Made by a program: the position numbers and the translations under genes. A model generated the notes under the pieces. The model had not been told where the DNA came from, made no database searches, and saw only the letters and a program-made list of their open reading frames with translations. Of a stretch of DNA of 41,769 bases, positions 41,675-41,769 are shown in pieces. The number at the start of each line of letters is the position of its first letter. Positions within the stretch are counted from its first letter, which is position 1. The stretch comes from a virus: IMG/VR virus record IMGVR_UViG_3300046513_000210, positions 1-41,769 of that record; one strand, 5' to 3'.

Positions 41675-41769
41675 GCTTTCCTCCAGGCATAAAAAAACCG
41701 CCTCTCGGGCGGCCGTCGTGCTGCTGTCTGCTTACACCTTGTCTTCGGCCATGATCGAGGCCGAGATGA
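41643..41769. repeat. Second copy of the 127-bp terminal overlap
   Basis: Identical to 1..127. Confidence 0.95.
41690..41713 (-). terminator. Terminator-like hairpin between I and J (also present as 48..71)
   Basis: Minus strand reads CCGCC-CGAGA-GGCGG followed by TTTTTTTAT, then GGAGGAAAGC and the J ATG. Confidence 0.55.

Overview
The window is a complete, circularly closed genome of a GC-rich temperate lambda/HK97-like siphovirus. Bases 1-127 are identical to 41643-41769, so the unique length is 41,642 bp. There are no host flanks, tRNAs, rRNAs or CRISPR arrays. Gene content suggests a Pseudomonas-type proteobacterial host; that is inference only.

Late operon (minus strand, wrapping across the window junction): late promoter and terminator (16.6 kb), two membrane/coiled-coil proteins, HNH endonuclease, putative cos, TerS (P27 family), TerL, portal, HK97 prohead protease, HK97 major capsid, connector/neck genes, major tail protein. 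Then the G and G-T chaperones with a canonical GGGAAAG -1 frameshift, tape measure, and lambda-type M, L, K. Then a lipoprotein gene, I, J (1233 aa), two paralogous distal-tail proteins, tail fibre, fibre-assembly chaperone, SleB-type endolysin, and Rz with embedded Rz1.

Immunity region (22.4-23.7 kb): cro-like gene, three OR operators, a LexA-like cI, its terminator, then three OL operators with a near-consensus PL.

PR operon (minus strand): cII-like, Rha/KilAC antirepressor-like, O-like organiser with internal iterons, lambda-P-like, YbcO-like, RusA, a second intact tyrosine recombinase, a DnaJ-type zinc-finger protein and a Q-position protein.

PL operon (plus strand): a nut-like boxA/boxB leader, a 103-aa ORF carrying a fragment homologous to the J tail-tip protein, small accessory genes, two orphan DNA methyltransferases, two HDH-motif proteins, then lambda-like xis and int followed by attP.

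Most interesting candidates:
- the recombinase / zinc-finger / Q-position late-control module;
- the J-fragment ORF plus a convergent small membrane ORF between nutL and a bidirectional terminator;
- a split lysis cassette with no holin next to the endolysin;
- a lipoprotein gene inside the tail-tip operon, flanked by a duplicated hairpin/RBS junction.

All functional calls come from reading the translations and recalling family motifs. No database search was run.
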